DNA of 64,000 nucleotides, taken from NCBI GenBank assembly GCA_965644295.1, contig CBFFRP010000191.1, positions 1 through 64,000 of the forward strand, read 5' to 3'. Shown here in pieces: positions 35,699 through 48,062 of this stretch. Under the pieces are notes generated by a model. That model was not told where the DNA came from, made no database searches, and saw only the letters and a list, made by a program, of their open reading frames with translations. Source of the DNA: Paraphysomonas bandaiensis. Lineage: Eukaryota > Protista > Chrysophyceae. Numbering within the stretch: position 1 is the stretch's first letter; every line of letters starts with the position of its first letter. The position numbers and the translations under genes were made by a program.

Positions 35699-37546
35699 CA
35701 GCGCATTCTCGATATATCGCGGTATGTATATCGCGATACCCTTTTATATCGCGGATTTTGGTCCAGGACACTTCATCACACATAATTATAATGGAAAACT
35801 GAGGTCATTTTCTGTTACAAGGGTAAGCATTTTTTTGGTAAGCATTCCTTACCAAAAAACGCCGAAAATCAATTTCTGTTTACCCTGGTAAGCATTTTCG
35901 GGGTAAGTTTTTGAAAATGCTTACCAAAATGCTTACCCTGGAGAGAGAGTGGGGGGGTAAAATTTGGAATCCTTACCATGTAGATTTTTTGTCGGGGTAA
36001 GGATTTTGGGGAGCATAAAAACCTCTAGATGAACATATATCCATAGTATATTAATCACATTTATTGATAACATGAGTGATAGTGAGTCAATATAAGATCC
36101 TGTCGACGACACTCTCGTTGAATGCGAACCTGAGGATGAAATGTAATGAAGCGCAAGAGTCTTTTTCTCTCATCGAAGGACGTCTGCTCATAAGAAGGAT
36201 ATATGTCTCATGATATTCAATGTCGCGTGCTGCAAGAACTTCGAATACCTGTTATTGAGAAATTTCTTCGTTACATACCCTCAATAACAGGAGGCTCATG
36301 AGACCATTCTGGAGTCATTCCCTGAGAATGCATGGAGTTCACAAATAGCAACACTTGGACACCTGATTGAAACTTGGGCAAAAGCCGAAAAAGGCGGAGA
36401 CATGTTTGGCACTTACTGAAGAGTACACTAAGGAAAATGCACTGGGGGATATTTACCTCAAACAAATGCGTAATATGACTTTGGAGTGAACATCGAAGTG
36501 CAGGCAATTGAAAGCTGAATTGAAGCATTGAGTATAAGTTTACCTTCTGTTGTTAAGTTAATACTTCTCATATAATGTCAAACTTTGATACAGAGGATGA
36601 GTATGAGAAAACTTTTAATTGGTTAAGCAGTAGGGTTTCATTATCAAGTGACATTATAAGACAAGTACTAATAATTCAATTTACGGAAACCTTAATGCGT
36701 GTAAGAACCAGCTATCAGGTTATTTTATGCTATATGAGCTCTCTATTGTATATGCTTAAGTTTGTACATACCATCTGTACAACATAGGTTGAATATTGCT
36801 ATGTTCTATATTGTTATTCATAATTTTCACTCTATCGTGTTCATTACTAACACTCTAATAATCACAACATTGTTTTACTATTATAAAGATCAATTCTTTA
36901 TTATAATGACACATAATGAAGAACAAATAAGAGCAGTATCACTGCACTTCAGCAGTCAATGTCTTTAGAGGACGAAGGCGATGACGATGACGAGGATGAT
37001 TGTATTAACACCAATGGAAATGATAGTGCTATTACTGCTGTGCAAGCCGACAATGCTGTTTTAATGTTACTCGATTATGCTACCCAGGAGGGGCATTCAA
37101 CAGCGCATATTGAGCTCCTCAGAAAAGTGCAGAATAATATTCATACAGAAAGGCACAAGAATCATTCTAAGGTACAAACTTCTCTGCATCAGTTTTTTTC
37201 AGCACGTACTAAAGGTTCTGAAGTCCATGAAATTTAATAATTTTATCTTATTGTTAGCTAGGAATGTAGTAAGTGTGTTAAGAAATTGAATACCATAAAT
37301 TCCATAAATAATGATATATAACTTATTTCACAAATTCTTTGCATGTGCCATTCAGTACAAGGAGTACTATGCTATACAGACACGACATTGTGGATATATT
37401 GCACAGTCTTAAGCTCCTTAAACTTGTTCTCTATGACTTTGCGGAATACAGTGCTGTATTTTACTATTAAATTGTATATCGCGATATTGCGATATATCGC
37501 GATTTCCTCTCCAGGACACTTTCCGCGATATATCGAGAATGCGCTG
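35699..37546 (+). mobile_element. Non-autonomous pogo/Tigger-like (Tc1-mariner superfamily) element
   Basis: Perfect 24-bp TIRs CAGCGCATTCTCGATATATCGCGG, TA on both sides and subterminal ATATCGCG repeats. The remnant ORF 36959-37237 contains QTSLHQFF near its end, like pogo transposase C-termini. Confidence 0.85.
36700..36925 (+). repeat. Diverged fragment of the SET-gypsy LTR 5' end
   Basis: TGTAAGAACCAGCTATCAGGTTATT...CTCTCTATTGTATATGCTTAAGTTTGTACATACCATCTGT aligns to 18896 onward; similarity weakens after ~100 bp. Confidence 0.8.
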
Positions 37547-37884
37547 TACATACATACATACATACATACATACATACATACATACATACATACATACAGT
37601 ACATACATACATACATACATACATACATACATACATACATACATACATACATACATACATACATACATACATACATACATACATACATACATACATACAT
37701 ACATACATACATACATACATACATACATACATACATACATACATACATACATACATACATACATACATACATACATACATACATACATACATACATACAT
37801 ACATACATACATACATACATACATACATACATACATACATACATACATACATACATACATACATACATACATACATACATACAT
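37547..37884. repeat. (TACA)n microsatellite, right part
   Basis: Tetranucleotide array with one interruption near 37598. Confidence 0.98.
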
Positions 37885-40800
37885 GGAGACGTTTTTCGAC
37901 AAAGTGGACCAACCCTCCACTTGTAGGACCGCAGATGGTCCCACTCGTCCTAAAAAAACAGGCACTCACCATCCCACACCCAAACTCACACTCACCATCA
38001 CCACCACTTTTATGTATGAGTATACTGCTGTATACCGGTATACAATGCAGTGGAACAGCACATGAGACTCTGAATATGTGCGTATGTATGTATAAGATAC
38101 AGTCACTTACAGGCAGCTCGACAGCATGTACCACCTTCAGAGACATTAAAGTGCATGCATCATAAGTATATTTACTATGGCAGCGTATGATCTAAGAAAT
38201 AGATGATTTTATCGAAAGATTTTCTTGTAATATGTCATAACAATACAGATGTCGGCCTCCTATAGATTGCAACCGCCAGGAGCGTTGGACGACCCTCAGA
38301 GGGTGACCAACACGACAGATACATTGTAGACTATATATACATTGTTAGTGAAGCCGTAATTTAGCATTTATATACGTCTTAAACATATTTTCCTTCTAAT
38401 TGTAACGCTATCACATGCACCGACACGTGCCACCCCAGACGCCCATAGATCACCCCCAGAGTGCAAAGTAGACTTCCGGTACATTATAAACCATGTGTCT
38501 AATATATTTTTTCTATAACGTTACATTGCCATATATATATGTGATTTAATACATTTTAATATTAAGTACCCCTATTTTATTTTCTGTAATACCATAGGCA
38601 CCGCTATGGACCACCCCACAAGCCCCCAGATCTTTGCTTGTAGACGACCTGAGAAAGTTTGAAAGCGTTTCTAAGCTACTTCAAACAGGAGTCTAGTCAA
38701 GTGAATATTTATGAAGACCGGAACATTTTTGGCGGCTTGTTGATGGACTTCGGGGTTAGGTATCCCAAACCTGCTTTAAAGAAAACAGTTCCATTGCTAG
38801 TGATCCGAATTCTGAGAATGGAATTTGAAAAAATCCAAGCAAGCGAATAATTTGAGTTGACAAGATCTGGGAAAGATTCTGTTAGAATATATCTCCGTAC
38901 AGACAGCGAATGTAACAGTACAGATGATGATGAAGCTGAGGTTGGCTATGCGGAAAAATTTCTTCAGTGAGCTAAAAAAATTAAGAAATGAAAGATTGAA
39001 ATATCTAAGTACAGGTGCTCGAGTCTTGTAGTATGTACTTCCAATACACTTGAACGCCAATGCAGTAGTGGTTTTGGATATCATGTGATTTTAATGACTA
39101 ATACTAAAACTGGAATCTACTGATGTGTTTACTTACTGAATAGTGATACTCATATGTACGGATACTCCGTCAATACAACCCTATTTAACAACAGTATTGC
39201 AATATATTGTTCCCTAGCCCTGCTACAAGGACTTAATAATAAGGTGAAACAAATGGATGACGCTGTTCTTTATTGAATGTTAACATATTTATCTTAATGT
39301 TTGTTAAGAGTATATTTATATATTATTGTTTTTACTTCTTAGATGTGATTGTACCAGATACCTTTTCTTGTTTTGTACTACTTAAAGTTATTATCATTCA
39401 TAAATGTGTTACAATTATCATACGATTTCTGGAGAGGGAAGGACTGAAAGGACGTTATTTTTCTCTCTCGTTTTCATGCTAATCCAAGAGGAAATCTGAC
39501 CAACAGTAAGCCATTTCCAAGGCTCTACAAAGTGTAATTTCATGTACCGTCGGATTGTAGGAGCCTGTCTTTTATCACGCATATCGTACTGTAATGTCAA
39601 CCAGTCTTTGATTTCATCAGTAAATGATTCCACTACGTTTTCCTTGTTTAGTCGACGGGCATATCCTGGACTGAGGGGAAATACTTTCCGAGGTCCCATG
39701 GTGAAATGGCAAATGAGAAAATCGTTTTCACAGGAAAATGTCCTATGTAGAAATTCAACCACACCCTCGTGGAGATGGGCTGCACTGATCACCACGTCAT
39801 TTACTTTGTGCAACCTTATTCCCACTGAAATCGTCACGGCATTGATTGAAGAGCAACTAACTTTCGAGACAACGTTCCCTTGAACATCCATTTGGGGTAA
39901 TTCCTGTAAGGAAGATATTCTGATGCTTATCTCTTTCTGTGATATATCCATTTTCCCACCTAGCAGTATGTTCGAGGGATGAGATTTCATGCCAGAATCA
40001 AGCAGATCTAGAATTCGGACTACAGGTGTCGGAAATTTGCGAGTCGTGGAATGAGTTTCCACAGTAGCTGGCGTTGAGGAAGAGCATGTCGACCGTGCTG
40101 AGGGAATAGTAGGTTTGTACTGGCTTAATACGGACTCTATTCTATCACACTCCATTCGATCTTTCATTAATCTCTTCGTCTTTGCGTCAAGCTTTCTCTG
40201 TTGAACCGCTCTCTTAATTTTGAGCCTTGTTTCGTGAGTCGGCTTCGGTAATAGTTGTCGACTAATTGCTTCAACAGACTGCACTGATGACTCAACAATA
40301 TGTGCCCCGGTTGGCACTAGAGACATCGCACCTCTACGCTTACTTACAAGATCCTACTAAAAAAATCAGCATTATCAGACGGCAGTATTAGTGTTGAAAA
40401 GAATTATTAAACAGCAGATTATTACACTTACTGTGTGAGGCAATATAACTCCTTTTCCCAAGGGTGGTACTTCCTGCAAAACAACCGCTGAAGGCAAGAA
40501 CTTATACCCAATTATGTCGCTGATCCCTTTGATGGCGGACGGTACTCTGACAGACTTTTTGTGTCGAGGTAGAACATCTCTTGAACATGATACCCTACAG
40601 GGGATTTTTGTGGAAGTTCGTTGACAACATCAGCGACATTGACAAAACTCTTTCCATTATTTCTTGCCCTCTTTACAGTCCCTTTGATAAAAGCAGTGAT
40701 GGTAGCGGATCGACATTTCCCATGTCCAGGCTCCTCAAATTCTCCAGGATACGAATGCTCGTGTCATCAGTAGCAGTCGTTTTCAAGTGTTCATTCATAT

Positions 40801-41153
40801 CTACCAAAGCACAAAGTGGCAAAGTTGACTTGTAGTAATCGACGTTATCTGTTGCTCGAACTGGGGGTGTTAAAAGATACAGTCACCATCTCCGACTGGG
40901 AGATGGTCTCCGGCAGCAAGGCGAGTCTTCTTGCCGGAGTTTCTTCCATCAAGCTCAACAATATGGGTCTACACTACAATAATACACACTTTTTATTCTC
41001 TATCTATATGGATATGGCGCCTGGCTCCTTAATAGAAATTGTGGTCATTTTGACCACAATTTCAAAGCTCTACACTCATGTTCCATACGAAAAAACACAA
41101 TACAAAAAAATGAAGTGGGACCAGACTGGTCCGCTTTGTCGAAAAACGTCTCC
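37885..41153. mobile_element. Unclassified TIR DNA transposon, ~3.3 kb
   Basis: 27-bp TIRs GGAGACGTTTTTCGACAAAG(T/C)GGACCA with one mismatch, AT on both flanks, and an inner inverted GGTCCCACT/AGTGGGACC. Confidence 0.8.
39418..40970 (-). pseudogene. Transposon-borne ORF, partly degraded, with a C-terminal HTH/homeodomain-like motif
   Basis: 302-aa ORF ending GYARR...IKDWL...LTVGQISSWIS. Upstream exon-like pieces contain stops. It lies inside the TIRs. Confidence 0.45.
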
Positions 41154-41517
41154 ATGGCACTGACACATACAGCTGTAGATACTTGGGCTGTATTCTGTTT
41201 TTTTATTCATACCTAGGAATTCCTATGTAGTGCTATGCATATACTGTACATGTACATACAAACCGATCTACAGTAGTATACAACATAGCATGAATTGACC
41301 CACCCACCCAGAGAGATGTACGGTAGAAATATAACCACAAATCACATTAACCACTATATACCCTTCAAGGCAACACTAGATTTATTCCTGCTTTGAAGTT
41401 ACTTTGGCGCCCTGAATATTTGTGTGGCTCAACGGATGCTGTTTTGTTTGCACCGAAATCTCAAGATTTTACACCAGCCTCAGAGGTTTCCTTCTCCGTT
41501 CCTTCGGCCTTCCACAA

Positions 41518-42348
41518 ATGGGATCTGGCATTTCATCTAAAATGAAAAATTACTCGCTCGCTCTCTGTAATACAATGTTTTTTTGCAAAGTTTCCAACAG
41601 TGAACGGGGCTTTTCTGACTTTCTCCCCGCTGATTGTGTATTAGAAGTATTATTAGAGTCTCTCCATGTGCTTGAGAAAAATACTCTGGAATTGCTGTTT
41701 GTTATTCCATTATACAAAGTGGAATCTGTGAGTCAGAGTGGCTATGTACTCCGTTTAATGGTGTCGAAGAATTTATTTAAGCCCACAACATTAGGAAGTT
41801 GCACGATAACATTCACCACTTATCGCAGCGAGCAAATGTCAACTTTAATTAATCGTGTTTCGGATGCTTTGATTTTTGCCAAAGGGAAGGCGTATTTATC
41901 CACAGTGAGCTTTCAATACTTTCACTCCTATGTCTTGTCTGGTGCGACTCTTGGCATTGGTGGCTGGGTGCGCAAAGCGGACACATTTCTCCATGGTAGG
42001 AAACTATCAGCAGAGCAAGGGGTACACACCATTCAGCACCTTGTGCAATGTGGAATTGAAAGTTATACGGCATTCAGGTTTGTGTTTAATCGTCTTTTTT
42101 GTGAGCAGTCGCTAGGCATCTTGCTACAGGAATGTTTCAACCCCAGTCAAAGGGAAGCCCTTGCTAACCATTTTAAAGAAAGCAAGCTACAGTTATCTCC
42201 ATACAGTGCAAATCAGCATGAAGGACTGATTAATTTTACCGTAAAAGCGAAAAGGAGAGTGTCAGCTAGTGCTACTGAAGACGGCACGGAAAATGAAACT
42301 TCTGAGTGTGGATGTTGTAGTAATGCTTCGGATAATGCCTGTGATTAA
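41518..42348 (+). CDS. Hypothetical protein with possible N-myristoylation and PH/PTB-like fold
   Basis: Intronless ORF. The first ATG gives MGSGIS (MGxxxS), followed by a beta-rich segment then a helix. Confidence 0.6.
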   Translation: MGSGISSKMKNYSLALCNTMFFCKVSNSERGFSDFLPADCVLEVLLESLHVLEKNTLELLFVIPLYKVESVSQSGYVLRLMVSKNLFKPTTLGSCTITFTTYRSEQMSTLINRVSDALIFAKGKAYLSTVSFQYFHSYVLSGATLGIGGWVRKADTFLHGRKLSAEQGVHTIQHLVQCGIESYTAFRFVFNRLFCEQSLGILLQECFNPSQREALANHFKESKLQLSPYSANQHEGLINFTVKAKRRVSASATEDGTENETSECGCCSNASDNACD

Positions 42349-42789
42349 ATGTGAACAGATACAGTCTAAAAAGAGCAGTGGATAGTGTTTTCTCTGTCCC
42401 TTTACGTATATTTTAAATCTATATTTATGTTTTTGTGATTCTGTAGCTATAGATGCACAATATATAATTATAACTACATGTATATTTTGTTTCCATTTAT
42501 GGCTATATTCAAATGTGACATTTTATTAGGATTCATCTTAATATAGGATAGTACATACGAATTATGATGTTCAATGAAATATATCATGAACTGAATTAGA
42601 GAAAGTATCTGTTGAAGATACGTGATCGTCATCATAATGATCGTCATTATCAGTTATACTTGAAGACAATGTACGAGAATACAGTGAAATATTGTGATGT
42701 ACTACTTATAATAATGCTGTGATGATATTAAGAAACTGAAATAGTTTGATCGTTCAAGATATATATTTATATATGTTTAGTAACGAGAG

Positions 42790-43244
42790 GTTCACATGTG
42801 TAGGAGATTATGCTTTTCACGCAGACCATTGAGGACGCCATCCAGGGCTCTCGGGTATGCATGTTGCTTCATATTGAAGCACAATCTAAAGTTGTTGAGA
42901 GGCTTTTCGTCGTGCAAAGTTAATTATCACACCTGAGCGTAAAAACATGAATCTATATCGTCTAGAATCATTGCTATTCCTACGAGCCAATTACATGTTG
43001 TGGGATGCTTACAGCCTCGATGAAGCCCTGCAAGAAGATCCTGATGTGCCAGTAGAGAGCGAGAAGTAGTTACAATTCGTAGTCTGCTATTTAATTAAAA
43101 ATTAGTAATTAAGGGAGCACCACATTATCTATTATCAGCGGTATTATCTGCTTTAAGTTAGTAGGTATTAATGGCCATTAACGGCATTATAATTGCCGGG
43201 AACTGGACTACCACTAATGGGCCATTAATGGTTAGCAGGCCCTG
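42790..43244 (+). mobile_element. hAT transposon 3' relic
   Basis: SKVVERLF(frameshift)RAKLIITPERKNMNLYRLESLLFLRAN is a hAT C-terminal dimerisation motif. It ends CCATTAATGGTTAGCAGGCCCTG. Confidence 0.75.
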
Positions 43245-44211
43245 AATTATAGTGCCCTTCACACATGGCACACCTATTTGAGAAGAAACAACCTCGAAAG
43301 TATTTTGAACACTCCAAGCATAAAATACTCATTTTGAATCAAGACAAACAATATTGTCAAAACATTCCAAATACCATGACAAAAGCATTTCTGAAAATTT
43401 GATACCGCTGAACAAATATTCTTCGTAACCTTCTTGTACGAACCCTCAAAGTTGAATACGAAGAACCATTGAAACAACTATCAACACCTCTCTATTACGT
43501 GGAATGCTATCATATATTCTGGACGAGGAATCCTGGTTGCATACAAACAAAGAAAACAAGGCATGGAGAGGGCAGAGCCTCCAATCTATAATACAATCAA
43601 TAGGCTATACATACCTGTTGAGATTAACTTACAAAGCTTGAACATGTCCAGACATTCGTTGCCTGATATCGGCCCACTGCATTGCCAAAATCTCGGATAT
43701 TCTTCCCAATGTTTGCCACTGGAAGATCAACAAACACCGATGAGAAATTGACTTCGATGTGTCTTTTAATTTTACCACTATATACGTAGTACTAACACAA
43801 CTCACAGCTGTTGGGATACGGACCGACTGGATACTGTGTGCTATGATGTTATTTCGGCTCCCAACAGCTGGAGTTTCTACAATGGTATAGGGAATATACG
43901 TTATAGTGGGGCCCTCTTGGATCCACAACTATCATATGAAAAATCCTGTAGAAAATGGTCATGCGTTTTCATTCCTACATACACACACCAGCAGGAGCAG
44001 CAGCAAGCATAACAACAAAAGAAAAATACATACATGTGTACTGTATTTATTATATCCAAAGACCAGTTCGATAGTGCCCTTAAAACTATTCCATGTCGTA
44101 ATATGATGATGGGCATGGCGCTATTAGCAGTATGAGGCCGAAAGTTTATTACTTATATACATAACATCTTGCTGTAATTTACTTGGTTTCAGAATCCTGA
44201 TCGAGGATAGA

Positions 44212-47200
44212 ATGACATCAGTGGAGTCGGAAGCTGAGGAGAATGGGTTTGGTACGGGTACGCGCATTGTTCCATTCATTCTTCTTGTCGTATATGCCTT
44301 TGTTGGGGTATTTGCAGTTGGAATGGATGAGATGTTAAATGGCTTAGAGTATTACGCTAAGGACACGACTTATCAGTCAATGATGCAAAGGATATATCGA
44401 GAGGTTATGGTTATGGGATTGTCATCTTTTGTATTGGGTATTATGGAATCGGGAAATATCTCTCTTGGCGAGGATTGGGATTTGGCCTATTACTTCGCTG
44501 ACCAATGTTCATTTATTACGGCCTTGTTTTTCGCATTCCACGGGTTTGGAATCATGGCAATTTCTATCCGGGATGCCCGGGCATGGGAACGGGCTGGAAA
44601 AATAAAGTGTGACGACTTGGTACGTGATGTGGAAGAGTTCCGTGCATTCCACCCACTGTTGTGGCGATATCGTGTACTTCCCCTGTCATCTACTAGAAAT
44701 CAGGTCGAATTCCGCATGTTTCGGGCTCTCTTCTCTTCTACTTATCACATTGGTGCGGACACTCGTACATTCGACTTCAGTCATTTCTTACGTAAGACAC
44801 ACGAAAATAACTTATTAGAACTAATCAATCTGAATCCATGGAAGTGGTGCCTTATGATAGTTATGATAGGCTTTGCCTCTCTTGAAGGAAGTGTATATAC
44901 CCCGTCATGTTCGACTCCAGACTGTGAACGACGCATACAACTGTCTTTATTTATAGCCGGGGGGTGTCTAGTCTTCCTCTGCTCCGTTGTACTGGTGTAT
45001 ATTGGCCGCAAAAGTGAATATTTACTGCTTAGAAAAATGGGTGTATTCGGTGTGGCTGACTATGATATATTTCTTATGAAAGAAAGGAGAGTAATTGAGC
45101 TCATAAGCAGCAGGATACTCGATAGACATACCATAGTCAGTACCATTGCAGAGCTCAAACATGAAAGTGCTGTAAAGAGCTTTCATAAGCAAGAAGGATT
45201 GTTGTTGTCCGCCACTGAAACTGGGCGCACAAGTAGTTCTCATGGCCCATTAGATACGTCAGGAACATCCAAGAAGCGAATTAAAAAGAAAATTAAACTG
45301 ACAAAAAAACACATCAGTCCGGCGATAGGGAGGGCACGCGGAATACGATCGAATTCGAAAGCTGCTGACCGTACTAGTAGTCCTAAGGATGATGCTACAT
45401 GTGGTGCTTCATGCGGAGACAGTAGCGCCCCCGGAAGCGTAACAGATGTGGCATGTGTTTCCCCTGTGGGTTCGCTTCAGCTAGCTCCAACGTACTCTCT
45501 ACAATCGAATGGGTCTTTGTCTTCTCCTCGGTGTGATAGTGTTGAGTCAGTCACACCAAATGCAAGTTTCATTGAACTTGGAGGTAAGCACTAATATGTG
45601 CGTAATACTTGGGTTTCATTACATTGATATACAGACTCAACTGTTTATCCCGAAAGAGAGTTGAGCTCCGAGACGAAAGACAGCGAACTGAAAATTGAGG
45701 TGGATTCTATAGAAAACATCTCAGCTGAGGACTGTATTGAGCAATTAGCTGGAGATACAATCGAAGACTTACCAGAAATTGGTACTATCTCAAAGCTGAA
45801 TTCAGCCGTGACCTCCATGGGTTCTATCGAGTACACCTCAGTGGATGATGACGCAGTTGAAACGGATAGCGACGCTGGTTCCACGAAGTCTCGACCCCAA
45901 CGGTTTAGTCTATCGAAAGTTGCGTCATCACGTATGATGAGAAGTTTGAGGGGGCTGACATCTGAGTGTAAATCAGATTCCAAGGATTCATATGAGGAAC
46001 CGAAACAAAACCTTTGGAAACAGATTTCACGCAAGGGAAGTAGTTTTAAGAACCGCCCAAAGGATGCGATATCGAGTTTAGATCACAGCGCATCTAGAGG
46101 TAAACTTCCTCTACCCCCCAAACAACAACAAGCACGTACGAATTCTGCGAAAAATATATTTGATAGCTTTACTCCTGATGGAAGGAAAATAACTAAATCC
46201 GGTTTAGCACTGATGTCGGAATTTTCACCGTCAGTGCTTCTGAGTAAAGACTCCACGCCAGCGCCTGTGCTTCGAGTTGAAAGAGGGTCTTCAGAAGAGT
46301 TGTTAGAGGTCAACAAGGCCACAGCAAATAACACTTCAGATAACGTGAAGCCTCCCATTACAGCAAATAAACCGAGAGAACTCACACGCGACCAGCAGCT
46401 CGCGAGAGAAGCACTGAAGGACAAGCTAAGAATAGGATTCAATGATGGTGCTGACCACATCACTAATTTTCGTGATATATTTTTATGGAAGCGCCCAGAA
46501 TTATTTTATGGACTGATAGATGTTGTCATGACAGCGAACTCTCTCTATTTGTCGTGGTGGGTGACTACTTTCTCTTTCGTTGCATACCGTTTGGGGCATA
46601 CCGGGGAAAGTTTTATGTGGATGTTTGTGGCGCTCTTGCCTCCTCTATGTACTTTTCCTCTTCTAGCTATAGTTATCCGCACCGCAACCATTCTGCGATC
46701 GTTAACGGAGCTCGATCTTGATGTTGTAGCTTCTGTCATGGAAAAAACTCAAGAAATACGCAAAAATGTGAACTTGTTGCGTGGGAATTTGAGAACGCGC
46801 ATCGAGCGCCTAGATGCGGACAGCCGGGACCAAGCTGTCGCAGATCTATTCCGGAATGTTGACGATACTGAGAATGGCGAGTTGACGCGTGAAGACTTTA
46901 GACGCATGCTAGTCCGACTACAGGTAGATCAATTGAGCATTGACGGTTTGGTCCGTTATAATTGCTATGACAGATGTTTCTGGATAAAACCACATGGAAT
47001 AGTATATTTTCTGCGATTGATTTAAACAGCGACAATGTCATCACACTACAGGTGCGTATTACTAGAAATGTAGCATACCGAGTGTAATTCTATACAGGAG
47101 TTTGAGTATTTTTTATACCCTGAAAAACAAGCTGAAATTGATGGAGAAAATGATAAGAAGTCTGATGAGCACTACGAAAAAATCATAGCACAAAGAGGGG

Positions 47201-47289
47201 AAGAGGAGGTGGCGGATAGGATATTAGATGTGATCAACCCACAAAACAGTCACCCCAACCACTTGAGTTCAGAGGACTTCTTTGGGTGA
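44212..47289 (+). CDS. MLO-family membrane protein with two C-terminal EF-hands (exons 44212-45583, 45635-46923, 46974-47051, 47098-47289)
   Basis: MLO-like motifs IYREVMVMGLSSF, FDFSHFL...W and FLWKRPEL, seven hydrophobic segments, and EF loops DDTENGELTREDF and DLNSDNVITLQ|EF. The three GT-AG introns keep frame. Confidence 0.82.
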
Positions 47290-48062
47290 GAAAGAGGCCT
47301 ATATAGTCGTGTATATAATATATATACATATATTTGATTGTCCTGGTAGTAAAGGTTGAGGAAACGATTTAATTGTATAATACATGATTTATTGCTGTCA
47401 TACTAATTACCTAAATCTCCCCAATACCTTTGGAACTGGGACAGTTAATACGATGATCAACTGTTGGCATATTGCTTACATGTCAGACATACTTATAGTC
47501 AACATTATTTTTATTACAACTCTACGGTTACGGAACTCGACACACACCAGTGTGGTGCTGAAGCCCTGTTCTAACGTGTCTTGCTATATATTATTAGGCC
47601 TTCTTATCCTTCATGTGAAGTTCATATAATCAATCTTTATCTCTAATAATACGAAGTGTACCATTACTGAATATTAGAATATGGATCTTATTCTAGTATA
47701 TTCAGTATGTCACTTGAAGACAGTGTACGAGAATACAGTGAAATATAGTGATTGTTGAGTTCTGCAATATGATGTGATATATATTGTGCAATTGAAGTGA
47801 GTTAACAGTGTGCAATAGGTAAAGTCAACTCATAGGTGTAACGGGTGATTATAGTTACAAAGAAGGAATTAAATTCAGTTACTGATGTGTGACTATACAA
47901 GATATAGAACTGACTGATGAACATATGATAAACAGATGTTGCTATAAGAACAGATGTTTCAACATATGTTACACGAATATGTAGTGAAGTGTTCAGAATA
48001 ATAATCATAATTTCTTACTTGATTGAAAGTGCATTGTGTTCAACAGCAAGGTTAAGGTTTAC

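Noticed and set aside
35175-38165. Long ORFs of YIHT / MYVC repeats
   Set aside because: They are translations of the stop-free (TACA)n microsatellite, not genes.
43274-44116. Possible small spliced gene on the minus strand
   Set aside because: I could not assemble a consistent reading frame across the candidate splice sites, and found no recognisable domain.
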